This document shows positions 36,129 to 46,746 of a DNA stretch of 64,000 nucleotides, piece after piece. Below the pieces are notes generated by a model. It saw nothing but the letters and a program-made list of their open reading frames with translations, was not told the DNA's origin and did not search any database. The position numbers were made by a program, and so were the translations under genes. This stretch comes from Tetramitus jugosus (lineage: Eukaryota; Protista; Heterolobosea): assembly GCA_937625935.1 (NCBI GenBank), contig OW569351.1, positions 1-64,000 of the forward strand. The letters run 5' to 3'. Within the stretch, counting starts at the first letter, position 1; the number at the start of each line of letters is the position of its first letter.

Positions 36129-36856
36129 GATAACGTTGTGGTTTCGTTTTATAGATTAAGTTTGTTTTACAATATGTTGCACTCACACAAGGATCTCTTG
36201 ACAGAATAGAACAAGACAAATGCACGCGATGAAAGTGTTGTGATGTTTGTTTGGGTTTCTTGTGGTGGGCGAGATCAGAAAAATGTCCTCTTTGTTTTTT
36301 GAGCAAACCAAGAATAGAACACACAGCCGGAGTGGGTTACAATTGTTGTAAGAAAAAACACCGATTGAACAATACAGAAAATAGGCGGAGAAATACAAGT
36401 GTATGCAAAATTAGGAATACAATTCATTTGACAGCGACGATGTGTTGTTAATGTTTCGTGCCTGTGGGAATGGAGGTAATGATATGTGCTCAGATATCAC
36501 TTCCACAAGTTTTCATCGGCAAATGGAACCACCACAAGTAATGCACACCAGCAGCACAATCATATTTACAATGGAAGGAATAAAGATGGACAAGTTGCAA
36601 ACTCATCAGGTCACACAAGTTAGTCAATAACTCAATATTGACCATTAATGATTCATCCGACGAGTTTCAGGCAGTAGCAGATTAAAATATAGAACGAAAT
36701 AAAAGAAAAAAACAGGGAGGCAACAATCCATTCTAGAGCTGCATCGAGCAGACTCCTGGTGATTGTGAATTGACTGTACGCACAATCCTGTCTTTCTCGT
36801 CTCTCGTCTCTCTTCTTCAATCAAATCAAAAATGAATTTTGATTCTTGTTGTTGAT

Positions 36857-37736
36857 TTAACAGCATGGCCCCTTTGCGTTACTGTTTGCATTCTTTCCAC
36901 TGTCATCCACAATTTGCAATCCCTGTTGACCGTACATTCTAGATTCAGATCGAGTGGATTGTCTTCTATTGTCTGCTACGGCAACACCTGAATTTTGTCT
37001 TCCCAATCGTGGTGAATCCATTGTTCCACTATTGTTGTTGCTATTCGAAGTATTAGAAGTGGATGATGAACCACCGATTCCACCTTGTTTCTGTTGAAGA
37101 ATGCGCCTTGTTATATCCATGAATGCTTCATCAACATTCTTATTCGCCTTTGCACTCGTCAACATGTGAGTTGCACCCACACTCTTTGCAAACTCCTCTG
37201 CTTCCTTCTCGTCCACTTGACGAGATTTTGCCATGTCACACTTGTTTCCGGCAATTGTAATTTTAATGTCTGTTCCAACGACTTTGCGCAATTCTTTGAC
37301 CCATCCTTTGGCCCTCGCAAATGTATCAGCATCCGTAATGTCATAAACGAGGAGAGCTCCATCGGCGTTTCTATAGTAAATGGGACCTAGTGCATGAAAT
37401 CCTGTATAGTGATGATGACGATGATGATGACATGTGTTAGCTTTTGTCTTGTTGTATATACCTCAAAAAAATTTCAGCAATAAAAAAAAATCACAACAAC
37501 AACAAAAAAAAAAGCAATCACACAATGCGTGGTAGATACTAACTCTCTTGACCTGCTGTATCCCATACGTTCAATGTAACCTTCTTGTCTCCCACTTTAA
37601 TATCTTTTTGTAAATAGGTGGCTTGTATGGTGGACACCTGTTGGTCATCAAACGTGTTTTTAATGAAACGGAGAGTGAGTGAAGTTTTTCCGACTCTTCC
37701 CTCACCTAATAACACAATCTTAAAGTTGTTGCTCAT
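36857..37736 (-). CDS. RAB21: Rab21 GTPase; intron 37402-37543
   Basis: LLGEGRVGKTSL, STIQA, WDTAGQE|RFHALGPIYYR, GNKCD, C-terminal CC. Confidence 0.92.
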
Positions 37737-38018
37737 GTTGGTAATAATTAATTTGGTGTTGGTTTTGTTCGTGTGTTTTTATTGCTGTTGTCGTTATTGT
37801 TCTTTCAAATATTTTCTGTTTGTTTGATGTGAGAGTTTGTGGTTTGCGATGTTGGAAGAGCGGGTTTCAAAATGGAGAGTTATTTTGTCCGACCGTTCTG
37901 GGACAAAAAAAGGTTTACAAAGCGAAACAGTCAATTGAGATCAACAACAATAATAAGTAAGGAGAAGTGTGATGTATTGGAGTGAGAATCTAAAAAATTA
38001 TCGAAGAAGTTAGACAAT

Positions 38019-39587
38019 TTAATGGAACAAGAGGGCCAAGAGAGCCAAGGTCAACGCAAGGACAAATATCAAGTCTCCGTTGTTGTTACTTGAGGAGCTG
38101 GGGGAGTCACTGCTTGAGGAGCTATGGGTGTGGCTGCTTGAGTAAGCAGGAGAGTCACTGGTTGAGACATCGGAATTTGGGTAGTAGTTGCAAGGAGTTG
38201 TCTCTGGGATAATATATGCAGAACTTGTGAACTTCAATGCAGGTGATGAGATTGGAGCGACATAGTCTTCAAAGGTCATCTCAATGAAGAATGAAGTATA
38301 GCCTGACTGCGGTGTGGCAACAATTGCACTCCACTGAGAAGTACTCTGACTGGTCAAGTCTTGTGATTGATAACATGCTCCAGTGATTCCAATTCTGAAG
38401 TCCCTCGCATTCGAATTGGTGCATGACCACAGAAGAACTTTTGTTGGTCTTTTACCCTTGGTGAGTGTCACAGTCAAGTTAGCACCTGATGCAGTATCTA
38501 TCTTTTCAAATGTGTAATCAGGAAGTTCAATATTGTTCAACAAGGCATAGTAAACAGACATAACTGTCAATTGGGCATCTGTTCCACTCATCGAATGTCC
38601 GGTGTTTGGTACATAACGAATCTTCTTTGCTGTTCCAGGGAGCTGCAAATAAGAAAAAGAGGAACCATCTGGCCAGAAGAAATCATCATTGCCACCATTG
38701 ATGATAATCTTGTTTGTGTTTCTCAATCTTTCAGCAAACACAAATGGATCGATATGGTTGACCAAATCCTTGAAAGAATCGGATCCAACATAATCAGTGA
38801 CATTCATGTCAACATAATCATTCATCGCCTCAGGCCATCCACACTTGGAGTTGTGAATGTTCTTGAAAACCTTGTCCATGTTCAGAACATCGATCACGAC
38901 AGGGATGACAGTTTTAACACGTTGTGTATCCACAGCAGCTGTCAACCAAGCATCCCAACCTCTCTTTGATGCACCGTAAACAGTAAACTTCTCGACAGTG
39001 ACATTGAATTCGCTCTTGGTGACAGCTTGAACAACATCCATGGCTCTCACAGATGCCTTGACCATAGGGAATAACAATGGCCACTTTGAATCTCGAGTGT
39101 CAACAAATTGTCTCCAACTGTATGCCATCAAAGCATCTTCCTGTCTGTTCTTCTGCAAAGGGTCGTCACGGAAGAGCAATCGTTGCGTAGGAATGTTGAA
39201 CAATCCAGCCACAATCGATCCAGTATTAGTCGATGTCTGTGTGACCAATGAATCCGACATGCTGGGAATTTCGTCCATTAAACCTCCCTGGATCACCAAC
39301 AGGGCTTGATCTGGCACTTTCAGATCGTCTGGAACACTGATCAGCAAGTAGTGGCTCCATTTGGGGTGATCCACAATTGTTTCATTGAGCCATGTCTGAG
39401 AAGTCACATTGACCAACATAACAGTCAAACCAGAAGCCTTTACAGTCTTCCAGATGGAGTACTCGAATGAATTGTCAGCGGCTGCAACAAAAGTATCGAG
39501 TGGAGTGGTAGCTGCTTGAAGAGTTTGGATCAAGAAAGCCAATGCGACAGTAGTTACGATGAGAATCGCGAGTCTGGATATCTTCAT
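38019..39587 (-). CDS. PqaA/AprA-family alpha/beta hydrolase, secreted, probably GPI-anchored
   Basis: Signal peptide, NVTSQTWL, PMVKASVRAMD, GASKRGW, DDFFWPD, PNTGH, ARDFR; Ser-rich stalk and hydrophobic C-terminus. Confidence 0.88.
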   Translation of the reverse strand: MKISRLAILIVTTVALAFLIQTLQAATTPLDTFVAAADNSFEYSIWKTVKASGLTVMLVNVTSQTWLNETIVDHPKWSHYLLISVPDDLKVPDQALLVIQGGLMDEIPSMSDSLVTQTSTNTGSIVAGLFNIPTQRLLFRDDPLQKNRQEDALMAYSWRQFVDTRDSKWPLLFPMVKASVRAMDVVQAVTKSEFNVTVEKFTVYGASKRGWDAWLTAAVDTQRVKTVIPVVIDVLNMDKVFKNIHNSKCGWPEAMNDYVDMNVTDYVGSDSFKDLVNHIDPFVFAERLRNTNKIIINGGNDDFFWPDGSSFSYLQLPGTAKKIRYVPNTGHSMSGTDAQLTVMSVYYALLNNIELPDYTFEKIDTASGANLTVTLTKGKRPTKVLLWSCTNSNARDFRIGITGACYQSQDLTSQSTSQWSAIVATPQSGYTSFFIEMTFEDYVAPISSPALKFTSSAYIIPETTPCNYYPNSDVSTSDSPAYSSSHTHSSSSSDSPSSSSNNNGDLIFVLALTLALLALLFH

Positions 39588-39799
39588 AGTTTGCAGTGGG
39601 TTGTCAAGATGTTTTTGAGTTGTTTGGTGATGGTGGTCACGAGTTTCTAATTGAATTCTGCTCAGTTGCGAATCGTAAGCAACGCGAATCGCAAGTCGGT
39701 AAAAAAGTTGCTGCGAAGCCTGTCATCTGTCGTCGTTTCCGAATATCATATTTAACTTTAGTAGGAAGTCGGGGACGTTTCAGTTTTGATAAAAAATGA

Positions 39800-40727
39800 T
39801 CATCGTTTTGCTTGCAACAATCAGCACCGATACACTAATCTCCCTTTCACACAAGAGAACACTGGGAACTGGTATTCACTTTCTCCAGAATTTGCTGATT
39901 TTCAGCACTGAGCTGTACATCAGGCACTGTTGGCAGTGGTATTACACTCCTTTTTTCTTCTGCCTCCATCAGATCAGGAGCAACAAACTGGTTCCGATAC
40001 CGGAACTGGAAGTTGCACAAAGAACAGTTTGTTGCTCAATTGACCCTTTGTCTTTGCCAAATCCTTGGTGAGTTCTGTGACCTGTGCGTCGACCACCGTC
40101 AGCAGCTCCTCGTACATCTTTGTCAACCTCTTGTTGACAGCCTTGAGAGGATCATATAGTCTCTCGACGTACCGAGTGACCGTGGCCTTTACCTTGTTCT
40201 CTCCGTTGAGCACTGCTCGTGCATAGGTTTCATCACACATGACCAAGAAAGCAGTGCCACGCTTCTTGAGCACACTGACAACCTTCTCAGGTCCCAGTAG
40301 CTTCTTGATGTCGTCCACTGACATGTTCTTCATGCCATGGACGACCACCTTTCTTGTGCAATCAACACTGCGCTTGGGTACAACAGTGCTGTTACCAATC
40401 CTCATCTCTTTGTTGAACAACTCAACAAAGTCATAGATGCGGTCACCTTTGACCGTCACCCACGCAACAAAGCGCTGCTGGCCTTTCCTCTTGATTACTT
40501 GGACTCGGTTGAACCAGTCACCAAACTCCTCTCCAATCTTTCTTGCCAAAGATGACTGAGAGACACCATTACCGTTGCCAGTAATGACGACCTCTCTGTC
40601 ACTTGGCCTCGTGCCTTTCCGTGCAGTGGTCCACACTGCATAACGGCTGTTGCCATATTCACCAAATTTGTTGAATCACCAGACATATGATTCCGTTTTT
40701 TTCTGCGTTTTTTTCGTTTTTTGATGA
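39800..40727 (-). mobile_element. Non-LTR retrotransposon copy A (ORF1 only, frameshifted)
   Basis: ORF 39974-40636 is homologous to ORF1 of copies B and C; 5' TCATCAAAAAACGAAAAAA leader shared with B; 3' boundary approximate. Confidence 0.75.
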
Positions 40728-40759
40728 TTTTTTTCCATACAACAGTTGTTGCCACTTTA

Positions 40760-43430
40760 TTCTATACCCTACAATGAGACATGATTCCCCTCAGCACCGT
40801 TAGGTGATGAGCAGTGTTTCATCTCTCTTCACAACAGAGTTGATATACACCTTGTGTAGTGCCTTGACACAGGCACGTTTGGTTGATGTGTTCAGGGTAG
40901 TTGAAGAACCGATAGGCAGCTGTGATAGCATTGTGAGGGACGCTATCAAATGCTTTGGAAATATAGTTAACAGCACATACAACTGTCCATCCTTCCTATT
41001 GGCATGATCAATTACGCCACGAATGATAGAGAGTTTTTCTCTAATATCTCTCATCTTTCTTCCCCTCCCTGAGTGTTGGTGAAGACTCCTGCCTTCTCAG
41101 CCGCATCAGACACTCTCTTGTTAAGCAATCTGGTGAAGACCTTTGACAGTCCACTGAGTAGACAGATAGGACGGAAATTGGATACCTCTTTCCCGTTGCT
41201 GCATTGTAGAAGAATCTGGGGTCGATGAACTCCGCTGTTCTAGCTTTGTAAAGCCATTTGGCAAACCTTTTGTTCGCTCTGCGAGTTCTTTCCTCTTGTA
41301 TTAACAACTCTATCTTCGCTAGGGTTAGCAATACTCCCTCCTGAGAGTGAACCATACCATAAGCAGCACATACTCGCTCCGCACCTGCTGAGCCTACCCA
41401 TTCAGAGGACATACGCTCTACAAGAATCTTCCTATCCATCAGCCAACGTCTGACTCTTCTGTTGTCTACTCCCTCAGACCGAGCCTTACAGGTAGGGAAG
41501 ACTCGCGCGCACTTTGTTAGCGTATGTGTTACAAACTCACACTGTTCCTCTACTCCCAACTCCTCAAGCTTCCCACTATCCAACCTATTGACGATTGACT
41601 CAGAGTATGTTAGCCACAATTGGCTGTCCTTTTTGGGGAATTTCAATGTAGGTGCTTTAGACACTAACAACTCCACCCTCTTCCACGCCAGTTTCACCAT
41701 GGTAGGGATGTAATCAGTGTACACTCCATTCGAAGTGTACTTACAGATGTTCTCAACAACCTCTACCGCTGCCGAGTTGCACCAGACAGAGTCTATTCTT
41801 GATGAATAACTTCTTCTAAAAAAGGTGTGGAAGTGGGGTCTATCAACCACCGTGTTCACACTGTGAAGGTGACGCCCTTGGACGAGTGCCTTAAAGTGAG
41901 AACTGTTCTCATCCAACCTATTAGACCTTCTGTCATCCAACGCGATGACAGTATTGTGATCTCCACCAAAGAATAATTTACCTACTTTCCAACTCCCGTA
42001 TCATGTCATTCACATCCACGTAATGCTCCTTCTTTCACCCTATGGGGACCATAATGATTCACTAATGTCATTTTGAGATCCCCACAAGCAACTTCCACAG
42101 CATGGACTCTTTCATTACCGGTGATCATTCTACATTCTTGGACGCTTTCACGCCTGACAATGGTCATAATCCTGTCATTTACCTTGTTGCATACCAAGAT
42201 GCACCCGATCATCTCGAGCTGTCGTGCTTCCCACAACTTGCTTCTTGAAGCATCAACACATCTATATCTGGGCTTGATTCCATCATTGATACAACACCAC
42301 TCCGTTTTCTTTTAATCCCACGGATATTGTACCAGACCACATTTAAGGTCTTGCTCATTGATTCTGTGGCATTTCCTCGCTGTCCACAGAAATTTGTTGT
42401 GATTTGCTTTTATGGACAGTACCTCCTGGGGAATTTGTTAGTATAACCTTCCTCTGTGGTGCTTCTTCTTCAATTGTACTGGCTTCTCTCTTCTTCCCTC
42501 TTCGTTTCTCATCTCTGGGTACTGCGTAATCTGTCAATTTGGTTTGTCCTTTGTCAACCACAGATTCACTCGTAGATCTTCCTCTGCCCTTGATTTGTGC
42601 TACCGGAGTGCTCATTGGAATTTCATCTTGCATATCGTTCTGTCTTTCACCCTGTACTGTGTAATCAACGCTTTCTTGGCTATTAGTCTTCATGATGCCT
42701 GTGTTCTCTCGAATGACTTTGCTCACTCTGATCCTCATTCTCATCATCTCACTCTTCAGTCCTCTTATTTCCTCCACGCTCCTCTTGATGTGATCTGTCA
42801 TTTTGTTCAGCTCCTCCTGTAGTTGACCGACCGTTTTCTTGAGTTGTTCAACTGGATTCAGTGTTCTATGAACATATCGCCTTGCCTTTGTGTTGGCCAC
42901 CGGAGCCTTTCCCAGCAGAGCCTCTATGTATGATGAGTCCATCGTAGATTCAATGGCTGAATTCCCCTTCATCTCCACATTGCATACTTTATCTTTGCCC
43001 AGTTTACAATTTCTTCCATACTCACCTTCCCAGCACCTGTTAGTACAATTTCATGTTTGGCCCTCATGCTGCCATTTGGCGCAGCCACCGAATCCTTCAA
43101 CACTTTTGTACAATTAAACCACTGGATGAAATCCCACACTTTGTCACCTTTGACAATAATCCATGCTTTGAAACTCTCCCCTCTCCTCATCACTTGAACT
43201 CTATCTACCCATTCTGAGCAACTCGCCACAATCTTATTGACTATTGCTTCGTGCGTTACGTTGTTGCACTTTCCAGTGACCACTGCCTCGTTTCTCTTCA
43301 TTGCCGCTTCCTTATTTACCATAGTCCATACTACATACTGACTTCTACGGACCACTACCGCCTGTACTGACGGTCCTTGTGTTGACATGTTCGCGTTTTT
43401 TTTTACCTGATTTTTTCGTTTTTTTGATGA
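40760..43430 (-). mobile_element. Degenerate L1/Tx1-like non-LTR retrotransposon copy B (ORF1 + APE endonuclease + partial RT)
   Basis: ORF1 43388-42355 (frameshifted); ORF2 from ATG 42358 with NVVWYNIRGI, DVLMLQE, VNHYGP, GDHN, SRIDSVW, TDY; RT motif ISKAFDSVPH near 40930-40960. Confidence 0.88.
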
Positions 43431-43437
43431 ATATATA

Positions 43438-43510
43438 TCCCATATAGTCTAGTTGGTTAGGATACATGGCTCTCACCCATGAGACCCGGGTTCGAGTCCC
43501 GGTATGGGAG
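43438..43510 (+). tRNA. tRNA-Glu(CTC)
   Basis: Full cloverleaf TCCCATA/TATGGGA, anticodon stem CATGG/CCATG with loop CTCTCAC, GGTTCGAGTCC B box, followed by TTTT. Confidence 0.97.
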
Positions 43511-43534
43511 TTTTGCTTTTGTTGTGCCAGTCAG

Positions 43535-43995
43535 TCTTGCTAAAAAAGAGCATGTCAACATACCTTGCTCAATATGTCAATAGACCTGGTGATACTAACG
43601 TTGAACTACTAACTTGCTTCAGCCTACTGCATGTTGGGTTGAAATCACTCTTCGCCCGTTTGATTACCTATACTCGTCTGATCTCTCATTATCCCAATTC
43701 AGTCTCTTCACCTTTGGGGTGCAATAAAAATTCAACAAATCATCGACTTTCAATACAGATTTGATGTGTTCAAGGAACAGACCACTTGTTGGTACCTCGG
43801 CCTGTTTGATTGAGTTTTGGAGTTCATCCAAGTTCTTCTCATTCATTTTTGTCATCCAATGCAGTGCCCTATTGTTTGATAACTATCACGACTTCTTTTT
43901 GTGTTTCTACTTCCAATGTTCTGTACTGTCCATACCGTGTAACAGTCGTGCAAGCACTCCCTTTCCTGGAGAGGATGGAATGTTTGCATTTGTAT
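43535..43995 (-). pseudogene. Probable decayed Fanzor/TnpB-like nuclease fragment
   Basis: SSPGKGVLA (decayed RuvC-I-like), FLEHIKSVLKVDDLLNFYCTPKVKRLNWDNER, then ID..SKVC(xx)C; several stops and frameshifts. Confidence 0.5.
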
Positions 43996-44074
43996 TCATG
44001 GTTGTTTTTAAGACAGTTGCGACTGACATATGATTTTTTTATTTTTTTAATACAACAAATAGTGCTCACGTGGA

Positions 44075-45597
44075 TATTTATTTTATTTTTCTTTTGTGTA
44101 AGTGCACTCTCAATTGCATAAAATGATGTAATACCTGCCACACGATACTCTACTTGGAATGTTGTTTTGATCCCTTCTTCAGGGATTCGTTGCGAGGGCC
44201 TCCACTACCGTCTGGAGCACCACTGGTGAGGTCAGATGGTTCCGGAGTTGGTAGGACCTACGGAGAGCACCTGACTTGATGCTGGCCAACCTGGCCGGGA
44301 TCTTGTTGCCAGCAGTGTCACCAACGGTGACACGTGCTGATCGCTTCTTGTTTTCGTTGAGTTGGGGACTCTGTAACTCGCAGTCGGGGTTACAGAGATC
44401 CAACTCAACTGGATCCTCTTGGGTGGTTGTGCTTCTTGCACGGTCCACCATGATTGCTCGGGCAGCAATCTCTTTCTTGGCTTTTTTGAACACCTCGGAG
44501 GTGTTCAATACTAGCTCGAGGATTGTTCTGTTACGAGCATCCTCATCAATGGTGTTGTTGGTTGGGAGCGTCCAGATATTATATTCACCTCTGACCCCCT
44601 CCCTCCCTGTTTTGAATAAATTTGAATAACACATTTTCCTGTAAATTCGAACGTTACATTAATTCTCCTACTAGGATTGGGATCAAGAGACCCCCTTTGA
44701 ATAAAATATTGAATAAATTTCTCAGACCCCCTCCCTAGGGGGTGCGTAAGAAATAATATCTGGACGCTCCCGTTGGCTCTTGGGTGACCGTAGTTGGTGT
44801 GGCGGGGCGGGACTCCGGCATGATCGACTCCCAGTCATCGGTCGTAGACAGTCGAAAGTTCGAATTCGGAGATTCGGTCCGGCGTCCTTGGAGACGGGGA
44901 CGCGAAGGGAATCCAAGTGACGGAAGCCATTTCTTTTAACACACTGACTTGGTGGCGCAGGTCGTCCACCACAGCCAGGAGTTCTTGATACATCTTAGTC
45001 AGCCTCTTGCTGACAGCCTTGACAGGGTCACGTGGGCGTGGAAGGAAGCGCTTTGCTTCCACCTCCACTGGCATGGCTTGAACGTTCCGAAGCAAAGCTT
45101 CGGCATACTTTTCAGACTCCATCACAACAAAGGCAGTGTTGTGCTTCTTGAGCACATTCTTGACCTTTGTTGTGCCGAGCATGGCCTTGATGTCGTCCTC
45201 CGTCTTACCTTTGACTCCGTGGAGGACGACCTTCTTGTCACAATCAACGTTGTGCTTGAGTGCTGCCTTGCAGCCACTCATCTTCTTGTTGCGGTTGAAG
45301 GATTCAACAAATGGGTAAATGTTGTCATCAACAACAGTTACCCACGCAACAAACCTCTTTGGGCCCTTCTTGATGACTTGGACCCTGGTGAGCAAGTCAC
45401 CAAAATCCAAGCCAATCTTCTTGGCCAAGGCAGCTTTTGGAGAGTCATCGCACTTTCCAGTGATGATGACCTCCTTGCTGCTTGGAGCAGTTCCTCTTGG
45501 TGCTGTGGTCCACACAGCATAGCGTGGATTCTCATGCTCACGAACAACAGGGGTGTGTGTTCGTTTTTTCATCGGCGTTTTTTTTTCCAAATTTTTT
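44075..45597 (-). mobile_element. Non-LTR retrotransposon copy C (ORF1 only, interrupted by MITE, A-rich 3' tail)
   Basis: ORF1 from ATG near 45572 is homologous to A and B; frame continues after MITE removal to stop at 44179; A-rich tract about 44075-44095; boundaries approximate. Confidence 0.78.
44564..44771. mobile_element. MITE copy 2 (208 bp, 19-bp TIR, GTT TSD)
   Basis: GTT|GGGAGCGTCCAGATATTAT ... ATAATATCTGGACGCTCCC|GTT. Confidence 0.93.
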
Positions 45598-45639
45598 GAG
45601 GGAAGTGGGTCAGGTGGGAAAAGATTTACAGAAATGTAA

Positions 45640-45712
45640 GGGGTCATGGCTCAGTTGGTAGAGCGCGTGCTTTGCATGCATGAGGTCCAGGGTTCGATTC
45701 CCTGTGGCTCCA
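45640..45712 (+). tRNA. tRNA-Ala(TGC)
   Basis: GGGGTCA/TGGCTCC acceptor stem, GCTC/GAGC D stem, loop TTTGCAT, GGTTCGATTCC, followed by TTTTT. Confidence 0.97.
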
Positions 45713-45874
45713 ATTTTTCTTTGCCTTTCAGCACAAACGAATGTTCTTGACCATTGATGTAACGTTACATGCAGAATGACAATGGAGACCATTCGAAAAT
45801 CCAGCGTCATGCACTTTTTTGTTGGCTTGAAGCAAAAACAAAAACGCCAACAACAAACAAATCAAACACACACA

Positions 45875-46482
45875 ATGGCCACCTATTTTGTGATTGTAGG
45901 CAAGGGAGACACACCACTGTACGAACTCGATTTTTCTGCCAAACAATCTCAACAATCTCTCTTTCAACAACAATCAAGTACTACTACGACTAGCAGTACG
46001 ACTACTACCACAACAACAGCAGCTGCAGTGATGAATGAACAAACAGAGACACAAACACTGAAACAATTTATTCTTCATGCGAGTTTAGATGTAGTGGATG
46101 AACTACAATGGACACAACAAAATTTGTTTTTGCACAAGATTGACAAGTACAATGATTATGCAGTGTCTTGTCATATTACTGCTGGATGTATGTATTTATG
46201 TGTGTGTGTGTGTGTTGAATATACTATATATGTTTTTTTGGTGTGATGTTGACTCTTTGATGAAACAAAAAAAAAATAGATGTGAAATTTTTATTATTGT
46301 TTGCGAGTAATGATAAACGGATGGACGAAGGCAGTTTGAAACAGTTTTTCAATGATGTAAACGAATTGTACTTGAAGATTCAATTGAATCCGTTTTATGA
46401 ACCGAATTCTCAGATTACGAATCGAGTGTTTGATCAAAAAGTGAGGTCGTTGGCATCTCGTTACTTGTACGTTAGATCATGA
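45875..46482 (+). CDS. TRAPPC2: TRAPP subunit 2 (sedlin); intron 46188-46279
   Basis: YFVIVGKGDTPLYE, QFILHASLDVVDE, FFNDVNELYLKIQLNPFY. Confidence 0.93.
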
Positions 46483-46746
46483 TGATGATGATGTGAATGA
46501 CTCATTTGTGTCATGAGTTCCAGAAGTTTGATTATGTTTTTAAACTCAATTGAATCAATCCGACAATCTGTGCACATACACATGATGCACGTGTGTACAA
46601 CAAAACTTGTATAAAAATAGTAAAATGACATTATTTAACAGATGAGTGGTCATTCTTGTAACAAATAGAAATGATCATCCTTCAAATTTTTTACGACAAG
46701 GTATTTATCTGATTATAAAAAGTGCCGATAAGAAAAATGGCTCAAC

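Noticed and set aside
40728-40800. Third tRNA upstream of retroelement copy A
   Set aside because: No cloverleaf or B box; the sequence is the broken end of copy B.
45573-45647. N-terminal extension of ORF 44835-45647 overlapping tRNA-Ala
   Set aside because: That ATG lies inside the tRNA antisense strand; homology with copies A and B points to a start near 45572.
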